DNA of 40,482 nucleotides from Perkinsus olseni (Eukaryota): NCBI GenBank assembly GCA_013115125.1, contig JABANN010000047.1, positions 62,001 to 102,482 of the forward strand, read 5' to 3'. Shown piece by piece: positions 1 to 12,258 of this stretch (position 1 is its first letter; each line of letters starts with the position of its first letter). The notes under the pieces were generated by a model. It saw only the letters and a program-made list of their open reading frames with translations, ran no database searches and was not told where the DNA came from. The position numbers and the translations under genes were made by a program.

Positions 1-819
1 GCGGAATGAAGGATGAATAATGGAGTCACTTGCGAGTTCGGAGAAGGCAACCAGTTAGAAAATTCGGACTGCGAACGCAAAGTTGCGTCACGAGAATGAC
101 AAAAGCATATCCGCTGCCTCCAACATTATCTAAAACCTCAACCTTAACCTCGGGCCTCAACCTAGGCTGAATAGACTTTTGAGTGGTATAGTAGTACAAC
201 TCGCCGAGCAGCTGACCCAAGTTGGGTTGGGTTGGGTTGAACCCAACTTGGGCTTTGCTCGCCAAGCGGGAAGTAGTCTACTACCCGCTACTACCAGCAG
301 TCTCTACTACTAGTAGAGAGCCTCCGCCAAGTAGGGCGGTGTCGTGCCTAGATGAGATTAAGTGAGCGGATCGTTTGACACCTCCTGGGAATGCTTCGCT
401 GAGACGTTCTGTTGTGTAGAATGCTGGCCGAGGAGACACAATGGGGCGTGCTCTACTCTGAATATCTGCGCCATCAGTATCTAGCTGTCTCATGTGGTTT
501 CGTGTGTCTCCTCTGGATTACTATGGTTACAGTCTCTCCAGTCTCTGCATACAGTTGCCTTTGCCTTCCGGGAATGCTTCGTTCCACTGGGTTTCTGTGC
601 ATCGCACAGAAACACAGTGTGCAACAGGGGTTGCACACTGTGTGCAACTACCCATCAGTTCAAACTATTTACACCAAGAAGCCGTACTTGCATTCTAAAT
701 CCCTTTTCAACTACACCACCCCAGATCGGGTTATTTCCGCTGAAATGTCCTGAACCCAGCTCTTCATTCGCCGAGACTGTGATGGTGGTCGCTTCTTAGT
801 TTCCTGTTCACTCCACGCG

Positions 820-2100
820 ATGAAACTCCTCTCCTTCGTCCCGCTCATAACCGCATCGAGCGGCGCAGACGTTTATGACAGCAAGACTATCCTATCGATC
901 ACCTCCGACGATGCTTTTGTCGACGTCCGAGATTTCCCGCAGCGCCTCGAAGACGCCAAGTTCGCGTCCAACCGTGAAGTGGCCGCCTTCCTCAAGACAG
1001 CAACAATCAAGACTCTGAAGTCCTCGGGCCTGCAGGTAGTCTCTACTTCCGATGACACGGTGAGCTCCGCCGATCTCTGTGCCTACTTGAAGAACGCAGC
1101 CTCCGAGCTACCCGGTCTGGAGTGTGAATGCTCCCCTAACTTCGCCATCAAGGAAGAGACCACCGACGACGATCTCGGCGTCAATGACCCTCAAGCTTGG
1201 AGGCAAAGAGCATTCAAGCGGATGAACATGAAGGAAGTGTGGAGACTGTCTGCGCCCTACGCGAGGCGGACCATCAAAGTAGCTGTTGTGGACGCCGGCC
1301 TCAATTTCAGCGATCCTGAGATCGCCGCTTATCGAGGTTTCTTCCGTAAGAGGAGCGGCGGGTACATTGACGGTGGCTGGAACTTCGTCGACGACAACTC
1401 GAATTTAACGTCGTTTAATCAGCATGGTCAGCAGTGTGCCAGACTCATCGCGGCCAGGCGGAACAATAGCATCGATATGGCCGGCATGTCATCTAACGTA
1501 CGTCTAGTGTCTTTCAGAACTCATGAGGATAATGGCGCCGGCAGCTGGGCGAATGTGGCCGAAGCTTTGGACATGGCAGTCGACATCGGAATTGATGTCG
1601 TATCAATCTCACTGGGGGTTTACATGTCGAGCAGTGAAGCGGACCGGATCTTCGGCAAGGCCTTCAAAGCAGCCACTGACCAGGGTATCATTATCGTCGC
1701 CTCTGCTGGTAACGATGGAAAGGCTGCTGACACGCACTATCCATCTGCGCTTCCCGGCGTGATCGCCGTGGCTTCCATCGATATCCAAGACACTCTACAA
1801 TTATCTGGTTTCAGCAACTACGGGGGTTACGTCGACATCGCTGCCTACGGCTCGGACGTCTACACCGGCTACAACAGGCTCTCCTCGGGCACGTCCTTCT
1901 CGTGCCCCATCGTCTCGGGAGCGGCCGCGATCCTGCTTTCTATGGGTGTCAAACCCAAGTACGTTGCGGGAACCCTCATTCACAACGTTGATCGGTTCGC
2001 CAGCCCTCTGAGACCTTTGAAAAAGCACGCTGGAGCGCTGAACCCGCTGAAGGCCGTCAAGATGGCCATCGATTTCCCGGTTCTGAGAGAAGCTCGCTAA
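820..2100 (+). CDS. Secreted subtilisin-like serine protease (peptidase S8), single exon
   Basis: 426-aa ORF with a hydrophobic N-terminus and prodomain. All S8 catalytic motifs occur in order: VAVVDAG (Asp), HGQQCA (His), SAGN (oxyanion Asn), SGTSFSCP (Ser). Confidence 0.93.
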   Translation: MKLLSFVPLITASSGADVYDSKTILSITSDDAFVDVRDFPQRLEDAKFASNREVAAFLKTATIKTLKSSGLQVVSTSDDTVSSADLCAYLKNAASELPGLECECSPNFAIKEETTDDDLGVNDPQAWRQRAFKRMNMKEVWRLSAPYARRTIKVAVVDAGLNFSDPEIAAYRGFFRKRSGGYIDGGWNFVDDNSNLTSFNQHGQQCARLIAARRNNSIDMAGMSSNVRLVSFRTHEDNGAGSWANVAEALDMAVDIGIDVVSISLGVYMSSSEADRIFGKAFKAATDQGIIIVASAGNDGKAADTHYPSALPGVIAVASIDIQDTLQLSGFSNYGGYVDIAAYGSDVYTGYNRLSSGTSFSCPIVSGAAAILLSMGVKPKYVAGTLIHNVDRFASPLRPLKKHAGALNPLKAVKMAIDFPVLREAR

Positions 2101-4318
2101 TAAGCTATATTTCGTCATACTTCTGTCTGCCTTCATAAGACCCGATTCCGACTTTACTTCTTACCTAGATGCTGAAGGCTATTAATACGCACAATCCAGC
2201 GGCCAGAGTGCAGCGCCAGTCGGGCACTTGCTGTTAGCGCCGCTCAGTTCACTCGCCTTTGATGGCAGATTGTAGAACGATAACTTACTTTTCATTGTAG
2301 ACTTGATCAGTCTTGCTTTTTTATCTCGATTGCACTAAATCGTCACTGACGATGCGTCAGCTGCAGACATCAACCTCTCATCATATGTCGCGTTGCAACA
2401 GTAGTGCTTTGGGATTCGATAATAGCCTTCCGGATTCAATAGCTGCGTTTCCTCCTTCGGGTGCATCGTGTGAGGTCCTAGCAGGCGAGTTGCGGCACCA
2501 ATGCTGCTGCGAGAGACAGTCCATCGTGGATGTGTAACATTTTTCGCCGTCTACTCTCCGCGTGCCACTTTTTTCTTAGCCGGCCACTTCTTTCTTCCGC
2601 GCGTCCCTACTTTTTCTTGCGCTACGTCTTCTCTCTGCGCCCGCTCAGGCCTCATGAGAGCCCTCGCCGCCCTCTCATGAGGCCTGATAGCGGCTACCCC
2701 GAGGCCCTAGCGGTCTCAGCGCTCGTCTCAGGGGGCTAGAGGTGTCAGATTTCCTGGGGCGGCATGTCTCCAAAGCGCCGACTGAGATAGTTACGCCGCT
2801 ACGGGCTTCCATCCAAGCTCAGGAGGCATCGAGTAGAACGTTAGGTGGGCTGCAGGCTTGACGGAAAGAGAATGTGTCAGAGACAGCTGTGTGCCCCAGC
2901 TCTAGGGCTCTAAGTGATCGAGCCATGGGGTTCCGGCTCCAAATCGAGCTGGGCTATACCCTTCTAGGCTTGGGTTAGTCGGCAGGTTGGGCGGACTGCG
3001 AACCCGACGAGAGTTTGCCTGTACTACACGGTTGAGCTTATCACTCCGGGACTGTGTTCAGCGCGGGTGTACCGCCATTTGTCCGCCATATGATCGTTTG
3101 GTCCACTGCAGCTTCAATCCAAGATTGTTTCGTACAAATTTTGATTCGTTTTCGTACATGGAAAAAGTGCTTGTTTCGGTCAACAGTTTTTCATCATAAG
3201 GGGCTCTGGGACTGCTTGACGTCGCTCAGCCTGAGCGGCTCAGGTCTCGCGGACTCATCGTGCCGCAGAAAGTTTCGCATGTCTCCTGTTAAGCCGTAAC
3301 AGCCGTAACAGTTACGGGCTGCAGCATTGGCAGGATACTGGTTAGAGCACGCCTGCCCAGGGTGAGCTGCTCTGAAGCTTGCTCAGGTCTACGAATCGTA
3401 GACTACGATGATACCGCCTGCTGCTTACCCAAACTCCACAGGTATGGCGGAGTCTTACAAACTTCTCCCAATACTCTTGAACCTTTGGTTGGCCCGCAGA
3501 TATGATGAAGCGAAAGATTCCGGCAAGGCTCTAACCTGAGCAACCGTCGGCACAACCTTCCTGTAGGCACCCACCGGAGTAAGAAACGTCAGCCCACCCA
3601 AATCGATAATGCAGGCACATTCTCATTGAGCGCGAACAACGCAACAGCCGACGGCGATCTAAGGCAGATGAAGTCTCATATGAGCTTGAGGGGCTCTACG
3701 AAACCCCATGCATCTCGCTATATCAACAATGATGATCTCTGCTGAACGAGTAGTCGAATACGGAAAGGGGTGTTGAAAAAAGTAATAACCACGACTTTCT
3801 CACATGATGAAGCGCATAAACGGAATATGAGAGGTGAAACAACTAACGAACTCTGCCGAGTGAGATAGCTTCCTTCTAGCGAATAACGTACAATAATTAC
3901 CTCCCTAAAAGGAACGACGAAACTGAAACAACGGCGGCTGATCCACACAAATGAAAAGTATAATGAAATAAAAACATACAAATTGTCGGTGCGAAAGAAC
4001 GATAAAGAAGTGTATCAATGAAACGAGAGAGGAGGAGACCAACAAAGACCTGTCCTGGTGAAGATACGCTCACACATAGCATCATGGCTGAGCAATCATG
4101 TAAAATAATGACCCTCCAAAAAGATATGATGAAACGGGATTTATCGCGACCGACTAATCCGATGTGTAACGCTATGAAAGAGATATCTGAGATAGATAGA
4201 GATAAATCCGCTGAGATAGTTCCGCCGCTATGGAACGATCCGAAAAGCACAGATGGCGGCGGAAGGACATTCGACGGACAACTCCCCTGAGGCTTTGCCA
4301 CGACCCTCTCAGCGCCAC

Positions 4319-6308
4319 CTCAATTCCTCCGTCCAGTAGATCTGTGACGAAGCTAGTCGTATCGTAGGTTGTGAACTTATCGAAAGCAGCAGCCACCTAA
4401 CCGAGGAGGGGCCGGCAGATAGTGATGACCCGAGGCATTAGTGACCTGACGGCGGCTACCTCGAAATTAGGCGATACATACTCCTTAGAAACACCCAGCT
4501 TGGTCTGAACATCTATCTTGTCGAGGAAGTCTCCGGCCTGCCACAATAATATTGCCGTCGACCCGCCGAACTATCAGTTTCTCACCGGCCCAGGGTTTGT
4601 CTTGAAGAACTGCTCCTCTTCCCCAGTGGACGCTCGGACGTCGAATCTGCATCATCAGAATGCTCATCATGGCAATCACAGTGGACTCAACTCATCCGAT
4701 GCAAATAAATCAATTGTTCAGAGAGCAAAACGACGACAAGCAAAAGTGAGAAAATCTGCACGACTGCCGCAACGCTCGAAAAGTAGCGTCACCTGAAAGG
4801 CTGAACCCTATCCGGGGCCTTGCATGACATCGAACATATAAAAAGTTAACCTCGATCTCGATCGAGGTTGACTAATAACGAAATCGTAATCATTACCAAC
4901 GACACGCTTTAACCTAAGATACCCTATGCTCTTACATGCTTGTTCCCTTCTTCAGTGGGCCTAAAGTAACTGACTCGCAGACCTTGGTGGCGTCCGCACA
5001 GGCAGCTGAAGGGAGAAGAAGAGGAACAGCTCTTCCGATATCCGACGCTACCCAGATCAGGAGGCCCGCCTGGACCACCGGAATTGCACTTGGAGATTTT
5101 CGTCTCGCATGTTTTCAAATCTTCGGCCATTTTGTCAAGTCTGAGAGGGATCAGTGATGAACCGTTACGGGAAGTACGCAGGTCGGCATTCCGACTCCTC
5201 CGCAGGCAGCAGTCGGTGTTCCTTCGCCATCGTCAAGCAGCCATGGTAACTACCGTGAGAAGAGGAGTGGAAGTAGCGATATAATTTTATGCTACAATTA
5301 CATTGACAACGGTCCGACTACACCATAGCGCATAATCACCCCCTTGAGATTGATCTTCAGCTGAGGCTTTCTCAAAATGATAGACCCGAGCATGGCGACG
5401 ACCGAGGCTGCGATCGACAGAAATCAACAATGGGGTTGGTCAATCCTGAACCTCGGAAGCCCTCATGGGGTCGAAATGGAGGTGTAGTGAACGATCCCAG
5501 GAGCGGCGTTCTCTACTCGGCAGTCTATTGAAGTGCAGGAATGATGGATACCAAAGACACACTCACCCGACGCTGAAGTTCCCACCAGGTGGAGGTCTCT
5601 ATTCAAGTTACCGTGGTCCTCAAATGAGTCGCCAAGGAAGTCAGCTCTGCAGCATGGACAGAAGAACAGATTAATAGTCTCTCCTCTTCCCAATGTCGAA
5701 AACCCACAAATTCACCACCACCGCCGCCAAGTCCGGTTCTATCGGCCCTAGGCTGAATCCCGTAGGCCCCGGTGCATCAACCCAAATACTGTTGGCGTCC
5801 TCCATCCAGGAGTATCTAAAAACTTGTTGAATACTATGATAACCTCGAAGATAGTATCTTCAAGATACGCCCTTCGGATCTATCGTGCTAGGTCCGTGTA
5901 GGCGAGTTGCCGTACCAATGCTGCTGCTGCTGCTGCCGAGTCCACCACCGATTAAGAGGAAAGTCGGGGACGTCTCCGGGTTCTTGTCAGCCTCGATGAT
6001 ACCATAGAAGTACCGGTAGTAAAGGCATCTGCTGCGCCAGTCGGACGGATGGTTGCACTTACTTGTTCTCATCGTCAACTTCGATGTACCCGAACTGCTG
6101 AGCCCCTGGGCTGAGGGGGCACAGGACACCTCCGTTCTGTGGACCTCTCAGCGATGGCTGGGAATCTAAGGTTGACCATAGCACATCTCGAGTGGGGTGA
6201 TGATGTAGTTGGGTCTATGATAATAACCCCCTCCCTACTTCTATCGTCTTGACGGGCACTGACCACCACGAGGAGCAGAGCATGCAGCAGGGGAAGGATG
6301 GTGGGCAT
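4319..6308 (-). CDS. Serine carboxypeptidase S10-like protein, multi-exon; 3' end not found, possibly a pseudogene
   Basis: Hand-spliced exons give signal peptide MPTILPLLHALLLVVVSA, then QQFGYIEVD, YFYGIIEADKNPETSPTFLLIGGGLGSSS, YSWMEDANSIWVDAPGPTGFS, DLHLVGTSAS, INLKGVIMRYG, FDVR and FVTDLLDGGIE. These are collinear with the S10 motifs GGPGxSS, YSW..AN...D.P.GTGFS, GESYAG, INLKG and LL..GI.V. Confidence 0.75.
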
Positions 6309-6605
6309 ATTACTACGGCGAGAAAGAACTGAATGACCATGGCCATGAGAGAAGCGGAAATGGCGATATCCAAACATGTTCGAGGACACCGGGTTGTGAA
6401 TCCTCCCACGTCCCGGCCACTATCTGCAGCGGTCGTGGTGACGACGCACATGCAGGAGAAGGAATGAAAGGACCGCTCATGACGCTGAGGTGTAACACAA
6501 ATGCGTATCCTAGGTCGACCCATGCCCACGATGATGAAGGTTCACCAAAGGAAAAAACAAAATACAAGATACCAGCCAACCCAAGTCCCTTACCTCTCTG
6601 AAACG

Positions 6606-7733
6606 TCATAAACCATCGTCCACGCTTGGAGTAATAACAACATCTACCGAGTACCACCCCACGGCCACCTCAGCTTCAGTCAACACCCCCATTCTACTCA
6701 AAATACTGCGCACCTCCTGCTCCGCTCCGCTCGAGCTAGCATCTTTTTTGTCTCTTTCATACGTACCCAAAACCATCCGTACCACCCTCAACGAATCCAA
6801 CTTCAGAAGATTCATCACCCCCGAATTCACTGCCATCGCCGCCGCCAACTGTCTGCCCAACATCGCCGAAGGGGCGTATCTTTTCCCAACCGAAATATTA
6901 ATCACCTCAGCAAGCTCAACCTCACTTGCATCGTACGCGAATGCTGTCAAGATACTACAAATATCAATCGGCGTCACCTCCCGGGTACTCGAGCCAAGAT
7001 CCCTCAAGCACCTCCTCCGAATTCTCTCGTCCACTCTCCACTGCAAACTTCCACAGGCCCAAAGGATAGCCGAGTAGTCCCTCGCCTGGAGCCAGCTCAA
7101 CCGCCCGCCCCAGCTCAACGGATTCGCTTCTGTCGGCCGATACCGTAGCGTGGCCATCGCATGGAGGACAACAGCATAGGTGCGCCACGCCAGTCGGGTG
7201 CTTCGCTCCGCTAGGACTTTCAAAATCGCCGCCATTACTTCCTCGTCGAGATACTCAAGACGAGCGTATGCTCCGGCCAATGAAGATATTTCAATCTCAC
7301 CTAATCCGTCACGTGCAAGCTCAACCAAAAGATTCTCTGATAATAAACTGAGCAACCCCTCATGCCTTTGATTAACCCCAGCAAATGCCACCAACAAATC
7401 CAAAGATACCCTGGTCGGAAATCTTCGCTGTGCGCATTCTCTCGTCACCCAACATCCAACCGCTTCAGCCAAGCCAGGCGAAACTGCCCGATTCCTCGAA
7501 AGTAAGTCGAAGGCATCCACGACGATCGGAAGGGAGTTCCGGTCGGCCGGCCGAGCGCAGAAGTTCAAAAGCCAATCAGATGCCGCCTGCAGGGCTCTCT
7601 TGGCAGGCCTCTTGCTTTCTAGAATGGCAAACACGTCAATCAGGCCACCGACAGGCATACTGGCAGAATGGTTATTGCAGGAACAATCTCTGCCGCAGTC
7701 ATTGTACCCAGGTTCGATCCAAAGCCAGGACAT
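6606..7733 (-). CDS. Helical-repeat protein with a C-terminal RAP-like domain (FASTK/HPR-type organellar RNA-binding family)
   Basis: 375-aa ORF with repeated helical units (SSLAGAYARL, AVVLHAMATL, SAILWACGSL, CSILTAFA). It ends in SSGAEQEVRSILSRMGVLTEAEVAVGWYSVDVVI, typical of the N-terminal part of a RAP domain. Confidence 0.7.
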   Translation of the reverse strand: MSWLWIEPGYNDCGRDCSCNNHSASMPVGGLIDVFAILESKRPAKRALQAASDWLLNFCARPADRNSLPIVVDAFDLLSRNRAVSPGLAEAVGCWVTRECAQRRFPTRVSLDLLVAFAGVNQRHEGLLSLLSENLLVELARDGLGEIEISSLAGAYARLEYLDEEVMAAILKVLAERSTRLAWRTYAVVLHAMATLRYRPTEANPLSWGGRLSWLQARDYSAILWACGSLQWRVDERIRRRCLRDLGSSTREVTPIDICSILTAFAYDASEVELAEVINISVGKRYAPSAMLGRQLAAAMAVNSGVMNLLKLDSLRVVRMVLGTYERDKKDASSSGAEQEVRSILSRMGVLTEAEVAVGWYSVDVVITPSVDDGL

Positions 7734-8011
7734 CTTTTGTCAACCCCCTTCTTGCCCCGATGGAGAATCACCGCAGACGATTTCGGAAAAGTGTGGTATG
7801 GATTTGCATGAACGCACCAACCCTCTCCTCCCCAGATTAATACTCTCAAACCCAACATCTTCCTAAAGCATCGTTCCAAAACATTTCATAAAAACGTTCA
7901 AGAATCTCTACACATGGTGCAATGTCATCATCAACAACCTAAGATACCGTCTGACATGCAACAACCCGATACCTGACCCGTGAAACGCACGGAATAAAGA
8001 ATACTCACCAG

Positions 8012-9832
8012 CTATGCTAGCGACTCACAAAGATGCCTGCCGGTCGGGGAGGGCATAACTCTCGAGCAACCTGATCAATAATCACCAAATCTTGCAATCT
8101 TGCAATTCCTCAACGCCCCTACCGTCGGATCAAATTTCAGCCAGTCGTGTATACACCATTTCTTCTCTATCTTGGCCCGGAATTCAGTGCGCCAGTCGGC
8201 GAAGTCGATCTCATGGGAGAACCACGAACCCCTCCCGTCCAAATCCTTATCTTCATCTTTGCTGTGCGGACCTTGCACGCATGCACATAAAGATACTCTC
8301 CGCACCGCGAAGACTTACGCTGTGCATGAAGCACGAAAAGTCCCATCATGGCGCCAAGATACCATACAGAGTGGAGGAAATATCTTCGAGCTGAGGCGCC
8401 ACTTGGACTCTTGGAGAATCTTGCAAATCCGTAACGGTAATAGACCAAATTGGGCACCTACAGAGGCCGCCATCTGCAGTCACTATTAATGCCCATGACC
8501 AACATCAACCCAAGTGAAAATATTTTTTCTCAAAAATTCTCGGAAAAAGTGAATGATAGGCGAAATTATAGATGATACAAGCTGAAGATAGGGGAAAAAT
8601 ATTGTCTGAGTAAAAACACAAAAATAAACGGTGTCCCGTATATTCTCGAACCACTTGAAGGTCTTCTATTTCCTCAACGCGGAGTCTCTTCCGCGGACAA
8701 AATTTTCGGAGGAGATCGACCCAAAAGATATGATTGATAGCAAATAGTATTCACCCCGTACCAAGACTCAACTATGACGATATGAACGCGGGAGAATATC
8801 TTCCAAAGCAACCTCAAAATCACAGAATATTTATCCACCCTGCCCAACTTTATCCTCCTTCGCTCACGACAGTTATCGTGCGCAGGCCCGCGAGGGCGGA
8901 CGGGGGAGCAGACCTCCTAGCGATGATATCAGGATCGATCTCTAACCTCAACGACTAAGGTACGTCCCTAGTCAGCCCACCCTTCCCAACTTCCAACTCA
9001 TCAGGGGCCCGTGGTTTTTCGCAGATCTACACCGATGGAACATTATTACCATCCCGGAGAAGGCAAACATCCAACTAGTGACTCCCAGCGCAGAGGCTGC
9101 CACTGGAAGGGCTGCCAGGGCCATCATGTAGGGACGACCTGAGATTTGGGGGAAAGTTGGTATGACAAATAATACGCACGAGCACATACACATAGCTGCC
9201 GTTTCGTGACCAGTCTCGTCTGTTAAGGGAAACATTCGGTATCCGGCGCGAGAATAATCAACTCGGAAGAGCCACGCTAGTGCATAGAAATGAGGAAATT
9301 GCCACAATGTTTGTAACTGAGAAAAGCACGAGTCAACCTAAGATACTCTCAAATCCGAGAAAAACCATGATCAACCTAAGATACTCTCGAATCCGAGAAG
9401 AACCATGATCAACCTAAGATACTCTCAAATCCGAGAAAAACCATGATCAACCTAAGATACTCTCAAATCCGAGAAAAACCATGATCAACCTAAGATACTC
9501 TCAGATCCGAGAAGAACCATGATCAACCTAAGATACTCCCAGAGTGAATGCTGAGCCACCACGCGAAGGACCTCGATCAGCCGATCGATAAGTCTCTCCG
9601 AGCTATCTAGGCATACAGGAGCGTTGCCCTCAATTTGACCCGTTGCGTTCCACCAGTTGATTCCGAGAAGTACTATGATCAACCTAAGATACCACCTACC
9701 AGAAACAGTGTCCACGGTGCCAAGTCACCAAACAGCGGTACACCAGCAACTGAGAACCCTATAAGGACAGGTAAGGACCCCGCGATAGAACCTGACGCCC
9801 ATGCGTGCATACCAACTTTTCCGTAACTCCTG

Positions 9833-9872
<40 letters not shown>

Positions 9873-11789
9873 CAACATGTGTATTATACGGCGACTTCAC
9901 TTTCATAGGCGTATAGACCATCGTATATAAGGCAGATGTTGACAGCGCCACAACGGCCGGCATCGGACCTGGACCAAGTCGCCGCTGATAAAAACAAAGT
10001 AACGCTGCTTTCCAAGCAGATCTATAAACGCTGAGAAATTATCAACGCATAGACGGAATATTTCGCCCATGTTCTGTCATATTTCCCCAATTTCCATTCT
10101 CGTCATCAACACTTCAGGCTACTATCCCTGCACACTCATCGGCAATAACAAGCAGGCCAAGTTCAACCACGCGTTGTAACAACTGTGTTGGTAATGTTCC
10201 TTTAGCTTAAGATATCTTAGCGTAAGCTAGGGTGCAATCGATAGTCATACAGTTCATAAGTTAAGTTTCAAGTAATTATCATTTCCCTACGATCAACGAT
10301 CTCGCGTTAACTCAAGGAGACCGGACGTAGCCCCCACCACGCTCGCTCGTCTATTCCGGTATCACCATCCCTGAAGATTCTCGTCGGTAACGCCAAGACC
10401 GTCCCGAACGGTCGCATCGCTATCAAGCGACAACATTTCCAAAGTCATACCACACCTTCCCCTGGGGAAGTTGGGGAAGTTCCCCAACTCCTCATTACCT
10501 CCGACGTTGAATAATATAGCAGTACCCACACTGCAGGTGACACCCGCAAACATACCAGCCTGTGCCATGGTGATTCTACCCGTTGGTAGAGGACGATTTT
10601 TAGTACCTGAACAAACGCAATGGCACACACAAGAGAGGGACGGGGAGGATGATGAGCCGAAATAAATCGGTTCTGAACCTCTAAGAATCAATTCCGTAAT
10701 CCTGAGTTCAGGAGGGGAGTTCAATAAACCAATTATGAAACTCACAGTCGATTTTGGAACCCCTCCTTTACGTGTAAAAATCAAATCCAGAATAGAAAAT
10801 GAGTCCACTAAATAGGGAGTTCATGATGCCCTTCATGAAGCAAGGCATAATAGAAAAAGTTGGATCAGGTTAACCGGCGATGACGGGGTCGGCCTAGTGG
10901 ACGAAAAGATGCACCCTCAGGCAAAGCATTTTCTTGAAATAAAATTATTAACATAGTAATAGTCTACAAAACAGGTCACACTATGGTTAATAACAAGTAA
11001 AAAGGGTCCTACGCGCCATATTAGCATCCCTTCCTTTCTCCATCATCTGGTTGATAACCTGTGACGATGCAGCACACAGCAGCGTTCCGGAGAAGACTCC
11101 CGCAGAGCCCAGAAGGACACCGCTGATGCCATCGAGAAGGCCACAGGACACCAAATACCCCGGCAAGGCGGACAGGGCCGCGTAAACCGACAACCCTCCT
11201 TTGGAGAGTTTCTGAAAGGAGAAAGAAACTGTACTACGGGTGGAGGTATCTTTACTCACGGTCAACCTGCCATGTGCACGCTTGAAAGATACGCTTCTCC
11301 CATACTACCCAATAATCCCTTATTATCGATTTTACGTTGATTCGATCAGGTGCGGTATCAGCAACGACGACCCCGGTAGCAGCACTCAAAGATACTACAT
11401 CAGATGTCACCTATGCAAGATACAAAATAGGTCAAGCTGTGGCATGTAAAACTTACTCTAGAACCCACAAGTGACGTTGTTGATGTAGCGTTTGACGTGC
11501 TGCGGGAGGTCGATGTACGAGTTATAATATTACAGGTATTATTTTTCAATGATACTGAGGACGGCCGACGGGCGATCACCTGACGCAAACAGCAGTTGAG
11601 GAGTTCAAAAGGATATTCTCATATCTTGCCATGAACAACGTACGAATACAATAACAATTAAAATTTCAATTTCAGTATACAGGAGAAAATTCCATAGCCA
11701 ATTCGATACTCAACTCACTCATCCATTTTGTGACTAATTCAATAATCAATCGAAAAAATTACATAAAAATTAATTTATCATATTACCAT
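8012..11789 (-). CDS. COX10: Protoheme IX farnesyltransferase (heme O synthase), about 11-12 exons; 5' end uncertain
   Basis: Spliced exons read DYW|KLSKGGLSVYAALSALPGY, NQMMEKGRDANMAR|TKNRPLPTGRI, LYTMVYTPMK...NTHVG|SIAGSLPVLIG, LWQFPHFYALAW...DYSRAGYRM and VPNLVYYRY...SARRYFLHSVWYL, ending CESLA* (TAG 8012-8014). A Ser/Arg/Thr-rich N-terminus starts at 11579. The ATG-only first exon at 11787-11789 is a guess. Confidence 0.92.
9333..9538. repeat. Intronic tandem repeat, 38-bp unit, about 5.4 copies
   Basis: Unit tcaacctaagatactctc(a/g)aatccgagaa(a/g)aaccatga starts at 9333, 9371, 9409, 9447, 9485 and 9523 (partial). A diverged copy lies at 9662-9693. Confidence 0.95.
9833..9872. repeat. (CTA)n / (GTA)n microsatellite at a COX10 5' splice site
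   Basis: About 13 perfect trinucleotide units read directly from the sequence. Confidence 0.95.
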
Positions 11790-12258
11790 ATGGTACTATT
11801 CTCAAAAATAAAAATTCTAAAATTTCTAATAAAATCTCCCAATCAACGGCTGAAGTACAGAATCCAAGGGAAAGGTACAAAATCCGAGAAAACGCGTGCG
11901 ACAGGCGGGCAAAGGCGACAGAAAAACCGGGCGAAGGCAGGAACGGGAAACCGGAAACCCCTCCCGAAACCCGACAGGGCAACCAGAAACCCGAAGTGTT
12001 GCCCAGGTAATGCAGATCCCCGAAAACGCTTCCTTGGATTTTGGGAATTACCCTCAATCAACGAACTATCAATAAAAACGACCTCAGGTAACAAACCATT
12101 CGTGAGAGAATCCCCGACTGTCAATACAAGCGTCCAGAGAGAAAAAGAAGAACGACAGGAGCACTTCGTTCTTGGGTGATACTCAGAAAATCAACTGCGC
12201 ATATTCAACGCGGACCACGAGAGCCTCCTGACCCTATTACCATCCTGGCACAGGAAGA
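11790..12258. promoter_or_regulatory. Divergent (strand-switch) intergenic region between COX10 and the CCCH-WD40 gene; candidate bidirectional promoter
   Basis: Head-to-head gene arrangement with an AT-rich tract at about 11640-11840. No specific element identified. Confidence 0.35.

Noticed and set aside
221-239. Telomere-like (GGGTT)n
   Set aside because: Only 3-4 units, internal, and part of a local hairpin.
9333-9538. CRISPR-like array
   Set aside because: Units are near-identical over their full length with no unique spacers. The array lies in a spliceosomal intron of a eukaryotic gene, and no cas genes are present.
11730-12179. Overlapping ORFs in the COX10/WD40 divergent region
   Set aside because: Low-complexity translations on both strands with no motifs; likely non-coding.
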